Below are positions 18,877 through 27,854 of a DNA stretch of 60,001 bases, in pieces. Under the pieces are notes generated by a model that worked only from the letters and a program-made list of their open reading frames with translations, was not told the DNA's origin and did no database searches. This DNA is from a virus (lineage: Duplodnaviria > Caudoviricetes). Each line of letters starts with the position of its first letter. Position 1 is the stretch's first letter. The translations under genes were made by a program, and so were the position numbers. The stretch lies in the IMG/VR virus record IMGVR_UViG_3300028610_001416, positions 1 through 60,001 of that record; one strand, given 5' to 3'.

Positions 18877-19209
18877 ATGAATAAACCAAAATCAATTAGG
18901 GAGCAGATAAAATATTATTTGGACCATTGTTATTGTACTCCACGGCTTTATCAAATAACTGATGTTGATTATCTTTCAATGACAATAAGTCGAGTTGTTC
19001 GCCGTATCATTAGGGAAAGAGTTGGGAATAAGAAAAGGTCTGTGTCGATAACCAAAAAGAGAATCATTATCAATAGAGAGGAGTTGATAGCACAAATTAC
19101 CGAACGCCTTCACAACTCTGCTTCTCCCGAAAATGTGTTTAAGGTGGGCAACCTACTACTCAATACACGTCTGTCTATAAAAGACCATGTTTTAGTAAGT
19201 CGGATATAA
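18877..19209 (+). CDS. Hypothetical protein
   Basis: In operon, SD. Confidence 0.55.
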   Translation: MNKPKSIREQIKYYLDHCYCTPRLYQITDVDYLSMTISRVVRRIIRERVGNKKRSVSITKKRIIINREELIAQITERLHNSASPENVFKVGNLLLNTRLSIKDHVLVSRI

Positions 19210-19210
19210 A

Positions 19211-20683
19211 ATGATTAAACCTGAGAAGCGTGATTACCAAGATAGGGCTTTAAGGAAGGTTGAACACTTCAATGGACGTGCTCTAATTGCTTTGCAGATG
19301 CGATTGGGGAAAACCTTTGTAGCTTTGCGATGGTTAAAGAGGCATCCAAAGGCTGGCCCAGCGGTTGTGGTATGTCCAGAGATAGGAAAATGGCACTGGG
19401 AGAAAATTGCAAAAAGATATTATGGAATAAGAAGTGTAGTGCTTAGTGGAGAAACCCCTCACAAGAGAAAGTTTATACATAACAATCGACTTTATATTCT
19501 TAACTGGAAGATACTCCCATATTGGGTTGAGTTTCTTCAAGGGGCAGATGTAACAGTACCCATTCTCGATGAGGTGCATTATATTAAAGAGTCCACCACT
19601 CTATGTTATGAGGCAGCTTATGAATTGGCAAGCGGTTTGCCATATCTTCTTGCATTAGGAGGAACACCACTTAAGAGCAAACCTAAGGAGCTTTTTAATA
19701 TTTTGAATTTATTGCGTCCTGATAAGTATGATTCCATCGTGAAATTCCAATGGAGGTATTGCAAACCAAAACATAAGCCATGGGGGTGGGAATATAATGG
19801 GTCGTCTCACTTAGATGAACTTCACAATGATATGAATGCTTGGTGTATGGTTCGAGACTTGAGAGAGGATGTAACGAATGACCTACCGAAAGAAAGGAAT
19901 GTTGTTACAATACCTATTTCATGTAGAAGTGAATATGAGGAGGCTGAGTACAATTTTATTAATTGGCTTCGCGGACGTTCTGTTATACGAGCAACCAAAG
20001 CAAAGAAAGCAGAACGTCTCGTTCAGATGGGGTATTTGAAACGGCTTGCTGCCTCATTAAAAATGCCTGGTGTTCTAAAATGGATAGACGATTGGTTAGA
20101 GGAGAATGATGGTAAGCTTGCAGTCTTTGCTATCCATCAAAATATTATTAAGGAACTCAAGGTTAAGTATAAAGATATTTGTGTAGTGGTTGATGGGCAT
20201 GTTAGAGGTAAGAAGCGTCAACTTGCTGTTAAGACTTTTCAAAGGAGGAAATGGTGTCGATTATTCATTGGTCAAACTAAGGCTGCTGGAACAGTTATAG
20301 AGTTATCAAAAGCAGCAATAGGTGTGGGGCTCGAATTTGATTGGACTCCGGGTGATGTTACCCAGTGGGAAGATAGAATTTACGAACAAAATAGTGGTAA
20401 GGCATTGGTCATATATTATTTAGTTGCAAGGCATACCGTTGAACATAAACTTTGTGAAATATTGCAGTTGAGAAGTGGTGTACTCTCCGAGGTGTTGGAT
20501 GGTAACAAGAAGAAGAATCCACTAAGAATATTTGACATGTTAGAAAGAGCATTATTGAAAGGAAAAGAAAATGAGAATTATAGCACACGCAAGACTAATC
20601 TTAACGGTTCCAGAGCCACCCGCAGCAGGAGAAGGGAAGCCAATCGTCGACGTGATAATGTTGGCAGCGGAACAGTACATTAA
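19211..20683 (+). CDS. SNF2-family helicase/ATPase
   Basis: 'MRLGKT', 'VVVCP', 'ILDEVHYIK', 'LGGTP', 'DWTPGDVTQWEDRI'. Confidence 0.85.
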   Translation: MIKPEKRDYQDRALRKVEHFNGRALIALQMRLGKTFVALRWLKRHPKAGPAVVVCPEIGKWHWEKIAKRYYGIRSVVLSGETPHKRKFIHNNRLYILNWKILPYWVEFLQGADVTVPILDEVHYIKESTTLCYEAAYELASGLPYLLALGGTPLKSKPKELFNILNLLRPDKYDSIVKFQWRYCKPKHKPWGWEYNGSSHLDELHNDMNAWCMVRDLREDVTNDLPKERNVVTIPISCRSEYEEAEYNFINWLRGRSVIRATKAKKAERLVQMGYLKRLAASLKMPGVLKWIDDWLEENDGKLAVFAIHQNIIKELKVKYKDICVVVDGHVRGKKRQLAVKTFQRRKWCRLFIGQTKAAGTVIELSKAAIGVGLEFDWTPGDVTQWEDRIYEQNSGKALVIYYLVARHTVEHKLCEILQLRSGVLSEVLDGNKKKNPLRIFDMLERALLKGKENENYSTRKTNLNGSRATRSRRREANRRRDNVGSGTVH

Positions 20684-20837
20684 CAACCTTGGTTTTTTCA
20701 CTTTACCTCTTGACGAAATTGAGACTAAGTTGGAAGCCAGATTGAGACAGGCTGTAGATGAATTTAGACATGAAGCGAAACCACAGGAGGGACAAACAAA
20801 AGTGGGGATTCGTATTCATGTGGAGGGTCAGGTGTAA
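20571..20837 (+). CDS. Hypothetical protein
   Basis: GAAAGGA SD inside the SNF2 3' end; coupled to the next gene. Confidence 0.55.
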   Translation: MRIIAHARLILTVPEPPAAGEGKPIVDVIMLAAEQYINNLGFFTLPLDEIETKLEARLRQAVDEFRHEAKPQEGQTKVGIRIHVEGQV

Positions 20838-21025
20838 TGCTATTGCCCGCGGTCATGGAAGAATTTTGTGATAGCTGTAAATACTTTAACAGAGAGCTTT
20901 TTGAGAACCGTGAAGATTGTCCATGCAGTTGTTCCAAGATGACGTTTTGCTGTGCGTCATGTTTCGAGAAACATTATGCTCACATTAAAATCGTAGGTGG
21001 ATGTGAAGGATTTGAGGAAGAATAA
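20837..21025 (+). CDS. Small Cys-rich protein
   Basis: CxxC motifs; TAATG coupling. Confidence 0.5.
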   Translation: MLLPAVMEEFCDSCKYFNRELFENREDCPCSCSKMTFCCASCFEKHYAHIKIVGGCEGFEEE

Positions 21026-21041
21026 AATGAAAGGATAGGAA

Positions 21042-21299
21042 ATGAAAGAAACAAAGACACATTGGATTATAAAAACATCTCAAGGTTATAAGTCGCTGTG
21101 CGGTGCATTTGATATCAGTGACACACATCGTTATGGAATTTTTTACATAAAAGACCGGGTGAAAGGATGTGGTACGGTGGAGCCAAATGAGGTAACCTGC
21201 AAATCTTGTAAGTATTCTTTGAAAGCCAAAGAAGAAGATATAAGTATAAGAATGACACAACATATATTGCGTTATTTATTTGAATTGGAGCATCGATGA
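21042..21299 (+). CDS. Small Zn-finger-like protein
   Basis: H..C..'VTCKSC'; SD. Confidence 0.5.
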   Translation: MKETKTHWIIKTSQGYKSLCGAFDISDTHRYGIFYIKDRVKGCGTVEPNEVTCKSCKYSLKAKEEDISIRMTQHILRYLFELEHR

Positions 21300-22168
21300 A
21301 ATTCAAAGACATATTATCTCAGCTTGGTATTCCTACAGCACCAGCAGGACATCACCATTGTAGGCCAGGCTGGATACAAATTGACTGCCCCTATTGTGGT
21401 TACAATAGTAATAGGTGGCACTTGGGATATTCCATTGAGGGCAATTACTTAAATTGTTGGCGATGTGGAGGTCATTCTCTTGCCAGTGCTTTGATGACCA
21501 TTACACGTCGGTCTTACTATGAAATTAATAAGCTGTTGACTGGTTTGGAGCCTTCATTAATTAAAAAAGTAAAGCCAACAGGTGAACTTATTATTCCTAA
21601 AAATGTGGGTGGGTTACGAGATACTCATATACGTTATCTTAATCGCAGAGGATTTGATTACAGGACGCTTGAAAGGCTTTGGAGTATTCAAGGTATTGGA
21701 ATTAGTGGTAGGTTGGCTTGGAGAATTTTTATTCCCATCATCTATCATTCCAAAATAGTGAGTTGGACAACCCGTACAATTTCAGATAAGGAATATATAA
21801 CCAGATACATATCAGCGGGTGAGAATGAGGAATCAATGCCTCATCACGAATTGTTATATGGAGAGGATTACGCTCGTCATGCTATAATTATAGAAGAGGG
21901 AATTACCGATGTGTGGATGACTGGACCAGGTGCTGTTTGTACTTTTGGTCTTGGTTATTCAACGAAGCAGCTTGAACGTATGGCAAGCTATCCAACCAGA
22001 GCTGTTTGCTTTGACAATGAGTATGAAGCACAGAAGCGAGCGGAAAGGTTAAGTAATGACTTGTCAGTCTTTCCTGGTGATACTTACAATGTGGTATTAG
22101 ATGCGAAGGATGCTGGGGAAAGCAGTATGGAAGAAATTCAGAAATTAAGGAAGGAGATTTTAGAATGA
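21296..22168 (+). CDS. DNA primase (Zn finger + Toprim)
   Basis: 'DCPYC...NCWRCG'; 'IEEGITDVW', 'VCFDNE', 'KDAGE'. Confidence 0.85.
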   Translation: MKFKDILSQLGIPTAPAGHHHCRPGWIQIDCPYCGYNSNRWHLGYSIEGNYLNCWRCGGHSLASALMTITRRSYYEINKLLTGLEPSLIKKVKPTGELIIPKNVGGLRDTHIRYLNRRGFDYRTLERLWSIQGIGISGRLAWRIFIPIIYHSKIVSWTTRTISDKEYITRYISAGENEESMPHHELLYGEDYARHAIIIEEGITDVWMTGPGAVCTFGLGYSTKQLERMASYPTRAVCFDNEYEAQKRAERLSNDLSVFPGDTYNVVLDAKDAGESSMEEIQKLRKEILE

Positions 22169-22608
22169 ATACGATAAAGGCATTTGTAGGCCAATACCGT
22201 TTTTTAAGTAATTTTTATCCCAGTCCTATCATTTGGAATGATTGGAGATATACAACTGCTGAGCATCTTTTTCAAGCCAGAAAAACAATGACCGAAAAGG
22301 ATAGGGAATTGATACGAAAAATCCCTTCACCAAAACAAGCTAAGTCATTAGGAGGAACTGTTAAACTTAGGCCAGATTGGGAAGAGGTTAAACTTCAAGT
22401 GATGAAGAATGTACTCAAATTAAAATTTACACAAAACCCCGAATTGTTTCAAAAGCTTATTAGCACTGGTTTTATGGAATTGGAGGAAGGGAATTGTTGG
22501 CATGATAATTATTGGGGTATTTGTAAATGCAGAAAATGCAAATATAAGAAAGGACAAAATCATCTTGGACTATTATTAATGGAAGTTAGAAAGGGGGTTT
22601 CAGAATGA
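22165..22608 (+). CDS. NADAR-family protein
   Basis: 'FLSNFYPS', 'TAEHLFQA.K', 'RPDWEEVK..VM...L..KF.QNP.L', 'EGN.WHDNYWG', 'GQNHLG.LLMEVR'. Confidence 0.9.
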   Translation: MNTIKAFVGQYRFLSNFYPSPIIWNDWRYTTAEHLFQARKTMTEKDRELIRKIPSPKQAKSLGGTVKLRPDWEEVKLQVMKNVLKLKFTQNPELFQKLISTGFMELEEGNCWHDNYWGICKCRKCKYKKGQNHLGLLLMEVRKGVSE

Positions 22609-22769
22609 CTTGGGCTGAATTCAAAAAAATGTTAGAACATAGTGGGGTTCTCGATACTGACAATATCAGATTTATTGTTACGGGTGCCAATCCAGAACCG
22701 AGTAAGTTGCATATAGAAAAAATCCACGACTGTTTTTGTGTTTATAATTATGAGGAAGTGAGGTATTAA
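22605..22769 (+). CDS. Small hypothetical protein (not in ORF track)
   Basis: MTWAEFKKMLEHSG...EEVRY*, ATGA overlap with NADAR. Confidence 0.5.
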   Translation: MTWAEFKKMLEHSGVLDTDNIRFIVTGANPEPSKLHIEKIHDCFCVYNYEEVRY

Positions 22770-22770
22770 A

Positions 22771-22944
22771 ATGAGTGCTGAAATTTATTATTACCTCTGC
22801 CACAAGTGTGACAGGGAGGGTGAAGAAGAATCATGTAAACTTACAGTAGATACGAGTCCCGGTATTCCTACAGAATGTCCTTTTGGTTTAGGATTTACTG
22901 CTGAGTGGGAGCAAGTTGACAAGAAAGAATTTAATGGAAATTGA
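22771..22944 (+). CDS. Small Cys-rich protein (not in ORF track)
   Basis: MSAEIYYYLCHKC...CKL...ECPF...; GAGGT SD. Confidence 0.5.
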   Translation: MSAEIYYYLCHKCDREGEEESCKLTVDTSPGIPTECPFGLGFTAEWEQVDKKEFNGN

Positions 22945-22952
22945 AAATCATA

Positions 22953-23082
22953 TGGGAGCGAAACACACTTCTCTATGTCATTGGCCTGCCCATTCCTTTC
23001 ACTACTACATTTCCTGTTGTGAATTTCCGCATTACGCCTTTTGTTGTGCAAACAGGTCAAAAATAGAATTGTTTCGTTCCCA
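22953..23082 (+). ncRNA. Structured RNA, tandem copy 1
   Basis: 13-bp closing stem tgggagcgaaaca/tgtttcgttccca; inner stem ttggcctg/caggtcaa; two inner hairpins. Confidence 0.7.
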
Positions 23083-23088
23083 CCTTTA

Positions 23089-23229
23089 TGGGAGTGGAGT
23101 ACACTTCTCTACATCGCTGGCTTATCATTTCAAATTGCTGTTTCCGTATAGCAAATCTCTCAAAAAGAATCTCGCTCGCTTTCTGAAGTATTCTTTAATA
23201 AGCTGGCAAGTAGAATTACTTCACTCTCA
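23089..23229 (+). ncRNA. Structured RNA, tandem copy 2
   Basis: 13-bp closing stem tgggagtggagta/tacttcactctca; inner stem gctggcttat/ataagctggc; two inner hairpins; followed by ccttttt. Confidence 0.7.
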
Positions 23230-23284
23230 CCTTTTTGATTGTACATGAAATATATCAGTTTAGAAAAAGAAAGGTAGGTACAAA

Positions 23285-23719
23285 ATGAAGAATGTAATAT
23301 TGACAATTTGTTTGGTGCTGGTTTTGTTGACCAGTGGCTGTGGAACTCTTATGCACGGCCCAACGCAAGAAGTTGTTGTAACTTCGAATCCACCTGGAGC
23401 AACTGTAACCAATACTCGGTACACTTGCCACATAAAAACTCCAGGTGTGATGAAGTTAAAAAGAGCTAACTCAACTATCCTAACTGCTCGGCTTTTTGGG
23501 TATGAAGAAGCCAAGCAAAAAATTCAAGTTGGCTTGTCACCATGGTTGTTAGGCAATGTGGCTGGATGGGACACAACATTAAATATAATTTATGTACCTA
23601 TGATACCTGTTACCACTGCTCTGCTCGCTGGTGACATGGTTACAGGCTCGGTAGGAACATTATCACCTGATGCTGTTCACTTTGAGCTTGTGCCAAGAAA
23701 GAAAAGAGTGAGGAGGTAA
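23285..23719 (+). CDS. PEGA-domain lipoprotein
   Basis: Lipobox 'LTSGC'; 'GPTQEVVVTSNPPGATV...KTP..MKLKR...GYEE'. Confidence 0.75.
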   Translation: MKNVILTICLVLVLLTSGCGTLMHGPTQEVVVTSNPPGATVTNTRYTCHIKTPGVMKLKRANSTILTARLFGYEEAKQKIQVGLSPWLLGNVAGWDTTLNIIYVPMIPVTTALLAGDMVTGSVGTLSPDAVHFELVPRKKRVRR

Positions 23720-23725
23720 AATTAT

Positions 23726-23899
23726 ATGAAAAGAATAATTATTGGAATTGTGCTGCTTGCTGTTCCAACCCTCTATGTTTTCTATTCGCTTGTAGGTAAG
23801 GTGGGTATTTGGAAAACAGTCGGTTTATTTGTGCTGGTAATCGCGTGGACTTCTTTAGCAGTTGAATTATTGTACAAAGGTTGCAAGTCACTCAAGTGA
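23726..23899 (+). CDS. Small two-TM membrane protein (not in ORF track)
   Basis: MKRIIIGIVLLAVPTLYVFYSLVGKVG...; GGAGGT SD. Confidence 0.55.
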   Translation: MKRIIIGIVLLAVPTLYVFYSLVGKVGIWKTVGLFVLVIAWTSLAVELLYKGCKSLK

Positions 23900-24058
23900 A
23901 GCAGTGTGCACCTTATAAGACCTTAGATGCAGTATTCAAGTTCTAAAGGGTCAAAAATGAATCTTAGTACAAAGTTATAGGGTAGCACAACAAAACCCAA
24001 GAGCAGGGTACGATTCAACCCTATCTTGGGTGTTTACAGCTTAACCTTGCTACAGATT

Positions 24059-24106
24059 GATAATATTTTACAGGTTACCATGATTTGCTGTAATAGTATA
24101 GAGTAG
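24059..24106 (+). promoter_or_regulatory. Phage promoter-like motif B, copy 1
   Basis: Ungapped match to the copies at 25928 and 38568 (GATAAT-N9-GTTAC-N5-TTYGYTRYAATARTATAG). Confidence 0.6.
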
Positions 24107-24513
24107 GTTAGTTTTTCGTTTTAGTAACTGGATGGGACGGATAACTTAATTTTTCGATGAAAGAAAGAGACAACAATAAAAAGCCGTTCCATCCTGTTAT
24201 AATACAATACGATATTTTTTGAATCAGCAAATATGTATAAAACGGATTATTACCATCCTAAACCACTCGCTGCAGAACTTGCTGATTCACAGTAGCGAGT
24301 GGTTTGTTTTTATAGTGAAAGGAGTCACTCATATCAATGCAAAGCAAAACTCAAAAAAAGTTAAAAAAGCAATTCTAAATCCACCAATGGTTTGCCCAAC
24401 GAACTTTTCTCTCTACACTACTCTACTACGAAGTAGTAGTAGTAGAGAAAAACGTAGTTAAAAAAATGTAATAAAAAAGCCCATTTGAAAAAACATATAA
24501 ACTCCATAGATTA

Positions 24514-25908
24514 ATGAAAGTAATTAAGAAAAATAGCGACCAAGAGAGACGAATAATTATTGGTATGATTGTTGACTCTCTTGTACTGGGTCGAATTGCT
24601 TCTAAATGGCAATATCGTATGTTCAAGTCCAAGTGGGCAAATATAGTTGCCAAGTGGTGTTTGAACTATTATAAGAGATATGAAAAAGCACCAATGAAGA
24701 ATGTTGAAGGTATGTTTGAAACTTGGTCTGCCAATGCAAAAGATAAAAGCACTGTAAATTTAGTAAGTCAATTCATGTCTTCATTGAGTGCAGAATATGA
24801 AGAGTTGGGGGAGGAGAGTAACAGTGATTATATAATTGATATTGCCGGTCACTATTTTAATCAGATAAGAATTGAAAGATTAGTTGAATCAGTGGAATCA
24901 GATGTTACTGGAGGCGAGATAGAAAGTGCCCATAGTCGTTTGATTGAATATAATAAGATTGAGATGGGGGTAGGTGCAGGGATAGATGTTTTTCAAGATA
25001 GCGAGGCGATGCGAAGAGCGTTTGCGGACAAGAGAGAATCGTTGATTAAATTCCCAGGAGCACTTGGGAGGTTTTTTAAGGGTTCATTGGAACGTGAAGG
25101 TTTTGTTGCCTTTATGGGTAAGAAGGGGGTGGGCAAGTCGTTTTGGTTGCAGACTATGGCATACGAAGGGATGTTGCAGCGAAGGAAAGTTGCAATGTTT
25201 GAAGTTGGAGATATGGGTGAGAGTCAAACGATGAGGCGATTGATGATTCGTACTGCCCGTCATCCCCATTCTCCTTGCACAATAAAATATCCACTGAGTC
25301 TTGTGAGGAGTAAGAATAAAAGAAAGTTAATTCGAGATTGGAAAGAAATAGAGTTTGAAGACAAGTTGGATTGGAGGAAGGCAAAGAAGGCTTGTCAGAG
25401 GGTGATGCAAAAGAAAGTAAAAAGCGGGGATTCATATTTCAAACTCTCCTGCCATTTTAATTCAACTCTTAGTGTTGATGGGATTGATAGTATTTTGCAG
25501 GATTGGGAGAGGGAGGGGTGGGGGCCTGATATAATAGTAATTGATTATGCTGATATTCTCGATATGGATTGTGGAGGGGCAGAAGGTCGAGATAGAATAA
25601 ATGAAACGTGGAAGCGATTGCGAGCCTTATCTCAAAGATATCATTGTTTGGTATTAACAGCTACTCAGTCTGATACTGCATCTTATAATAGGCAATTGAT
25701 GAAGATGGATAATTTCTCAGACGACAGACGTAAGATTGATTCTGTTACTGGAATGATAGGGATAAATCAAACGTCGGATGAGAAAAAGAAACAATTGATG
25801 CGGTTGAATTGGGTGTCACTGAGAGACGATGAATTTTTTCCTGTTCAGTGTGTTACTGTATATGGTTGTTTACAAGTAGCGAATCCTGCGGTTAAGAGTT
25901 GTTTTTGA
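24514..25908 (+). CDS. dnaB: Replicative DnaB-like (SF4) helicase
   Basis: Walker A 'GKKGVGKS', 'IIVIDYADIL', 'LTATQS', 'FSDDRRK'. Confidence 0.85.
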   Translation: MKVIKKNSDQERRIIIGMIVDSLVLGRIASKWQYRMFKSKWANIVAKWCLNYYKRYEKAPMKNVEGMFETWSANAKDKSTVNLVSQFMSSLSAEYEELGEESNSDYIIDIAGHYFNQIRIERLVESVESDVTGGEIESAHSRLIEYNKIEMGVGAGIDVFQDSEAMRRAFADKRESLIKFPGALGRFFKGSLEREGFVAFMGKKGVGKSFWLQTMAYEGMLQRRKVAMFEVGDMGESQTMRRLMIRTARHPHSPCTIKYPLSLVRSKNKRKLIRDWKEIEFEDKLDWRKAKKACQRVMQKKVKSGDSYFKLSCHFNSTLSVDGIDSILQDWEREGWGPDIIVIDYADILDMDCGGAEGRDRINETWKRLRALSQRYHCLVLTATQSDTASYNRQLMKMDNFSDDRRKIDSVTGMIGINQTSDEKKKQLMRLNWVSLRDDEFFPVQCVTVYGCLQVANPAVKSCF

Positions 25909-25927
25909 AATCTTTTTACAAAATAAA

Positions 25928-25975
25928 GATAATTTTTTGTGAGTTACGACAGTTCGTTATAATAATATAGAGTAG
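25928..25975 (+). promoter_or_regulatory. Phage promoter-like motif B, copy 2
   Basis: gataattttttgtgagttacgacagttcgttataataatatagagtag, intergenic, contains TATAAT. Confidence 0.65.
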
Positions 25976-25991
25976 TTGAAAGGATGGTAAA

Positions 25992-26780
25992 ATGAGTAAA
26001 GTAAGAACGGTAGAAGAATTTGTTGAGGATATGGTATCTGATGGCAAGAGTCTAAAACAGATTCTCACCATAGCATTAAGTACCCGTTGGAAGAGTTATA
26101 AAGAGGAGATTGAAAAAGTATATAATAAGTTAAAATTTGAGTCTGCTAAAGACTCTCTAATAAATCAAAATAGTGTTAAGGAAAGGACAAAGAGAATGGC
26201 TAAGAAAAAGAAGAAAAAAGAAAAGAAGTTCACTGGGGAAGTGACGAAGACACGGGCTGTAAAGATATTTGAAGCATTGGGCTTCAAAACAGCTTCTCAG
26301 TGGAAGCTGGCTCGGTTGCAAAGTAAGTTTGAAAAGTTGGATACCCTTATTGAAGGGGCGAAGCTTACTGCTAAGATGCAGAGGAGGATAAATACTATCT
26401 TGAGAGGACAGTCGCGAGGTGTGAAGGTTGTGGTGGTTGACGTTGAAGATGTTGATGCCGGTAAGAAGCGTGAAAAGGATGTTGATGATGCCAAGAAGCG
26501 GGCGACCTCAAGAAAGGAGGATGCGAAGGTTAAGAAGACAAAGAAGGCAAAGAAGAAAGCGGCGCCTAAGAAGGAGGCTGCTGTCAAGGATAAGTGTGGT
26601 CGTCGTGAAGGTACCCAAGGTTTTCTAATTAATGAGCACATCAGCAAGAAGGCAAAGACGCCGGAGCAGCTTGCCAAGGAGACTAAGTTGCCGGTGGCTC
26701 GTATTGCGAATCACCTTCGGGATATGGTCGCCAAGGATTTTGTTAAGAAAACTGCTAAAGGTACTTATTGCTGGAAGTAA
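25992..26780 (+). CDS. Lys/Ala-rich DNA-binding protein with a C-terminal winged helix (possible second start at 26196)
   Basis: 'KKTKKAKKKAAPKKEAA' linker plus a domain paralogous to 15369-15659; internal GAAAGGA SD before in-frame ATG 26196. Confidence 0.7.
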   Translation: MSKVRTVEEFVEDMVSDGKSLKQILTIALSTRWKSYKEEIEKVYNKLKFESAKDSLINQNSVKERTKRMAKKKKKKEKKFTGEVTKTRAVKIFEALGFKTASQWKLARLQSKFEKLDTLIEGAKLTAKMQRRINTILRGQSRGVKVVVVDVEDVDAGKKREKDVDDAKKRATSRKEDAKVKKTKKAKKKAAPKKEAAVKDKCGRREGTQGFLINEHISKKAKTPEQLAKETKLPVARIANHLRDMVAKDFVKKTAKGTYCWK

Positions 26781-26828
26781 CAACGGCAAGGAAGGCCAAT
26801 ACAGTATGTACGGAATAAGAATAGATTT

Positions 26829-26871
26829 GGGAAGCCATAGGAAATGTCTAACCTATGGCTTCCCCTTTTTC
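26829..26871 (+). terminator. Intrinsic terminator/attenuator upstream of queD
   Basis: Perfect 13-bp stem gggaagccatagg/cctatggcttccc followed by cttttt. Confidence 0.7.
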
Positions 26872-26888
26872 TATTTGAGGAGATTATA

Positions 26889-27239
26889 ATGTACACAGTT
26901 ACAAAAAAGATGACGATTGCTGCGGCACATCAATTAAAACTTCCGTATGAATCGAAGTGCAGTGAACAACATGGACATAATTGGATTATTGAAGTGGAAG
27001 TGGTATCTGGAATATTAACAGATTACGGTATGGTTGTAGACTTTGCTCATATAAGTGAAGTAGTGGGAAGTTTAGACCATAAGGATTTGAATGATAGGCT
27101 AACTTTCAACCCCACTGCGGAAAACATTGCAGAGTGGATATTCAAAGAGGTAAAAAGTAGTCTTGATAATCCAAGTGCAGAAGTGACAAAGGTTACTGTA
27201 CAGGAGAGTGAGGGGAATATAGCATGTTTTACCCCGTAA
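26889..27239 (+). CDS. queD: 6-carboxytetrahydropterin synthase QueD
   Basis: 'AAAHQL', 'KCSEQHGHNW', 'GMVVDF', 'LDHKDLN', 'PTAENIA', 'ESEGN'. Confidence 0.92.
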   Translation: MYTVTKKMTIAAAHQLKLPYESKCSEQHGHNWIIEVEVVSGILTDYGMVVDFAHISEVVGSLDHKDLNDRLTFNPTAENIAEWIFKEVKSSLDNPSAEVTKVTVQESEGNIACFTP

Positions 27240-27844
27240 ATGAAATCTTTTATTCGATTCAGGGGGAGGGGTTTCATACTGGAAAGCCTGCTGTCTTTAT
27301 TCGATTGGCTGGTTGTAATTTGGATTGCCCTTGGTGTGATACAAATCATATCACGAAGAGTAAAATGACTCCGATTGAGATAGTAAAGAGGGTGGAGGAG
27401 CTATCAGGAAGGATGTCCTCTACTTTTATTATTTTTACAGGGGGGGAGCCGACGATTCATGCCTTGCTATCTTTATGTGTTTTATTAAGGAAACGAATAG
27501 AAAATACTTATATAGCTATTGAGACGAACGGAACTAATCCAGTTCAAATTGAAGCATTGAAAGAAACGGGCCTATTGGATTGGGTGACAGTGTCTCCAAA
27601 ATACCAAAGCCGTTGCAAATCTAAAGTCAAAAAGAGTATGGTAGAAGCAGATGAAATCAAGGTTGTGTTTGATGGAAAAATAAAGCCGCTTGATTTTGAG
27701 ATGTTGTTGGTAACCAAGTTGGATGCAGGTAAATGTTTTATCCAACCGTGCTCTGGTAAGTTTCGCAATGCTGTTGATTTTGTTTTAAAGAATCCGAAGT
27801 GGAGGTTGAGTGTGCAGATACAGAAGATTATAAATATTAGGTAA
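27224..27844 (+). CDS. queE: 7-carboxy-7-deazaguanine synthase QueE
   Basis: 'EIFYSIQGEG', 'FIRLAGCNLDCPWCDT', 'TGGEP', 'IETNGT', 'VSPK'. Confidence 0.93.
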   Translation: MFYPVNEIFYSIQGEGFHTGKPAVFIRLAGCNLDCPWCDTNHITKSKMTPIEIVKRVEELSGRMSSTFIIFTGGEPTIHALLSLCVLLRKRIENTYIAIETNGTNPVQIEALKETGLLDWVTVSPKYQSRCKSKVKKSMVEADEIKVVFDGKIKPLDFEMLLVTKLDAGKCFIQPCSGKFRNAVDFVLKNPKWRLSVQIQKIINIR

Positions 27845-27854
27845 GGGAGTATCG

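Noticed and set aside
23060-23110. Hammerhead ribozyme on the - strand (stem followed by CGAAAC) or CsrA-sponge GGA loops
   Set aside because: No CUGANGA core, and G-U pairs support the + strand only
22916-23248. 110-aa + strand ORF (and the 22791-23060 - strand ORF)
   Set aside because: TTG start, odd His/Cys/Phe-rich composition, and the repeat falls in different frames; the covarying RNA structure explains the region better
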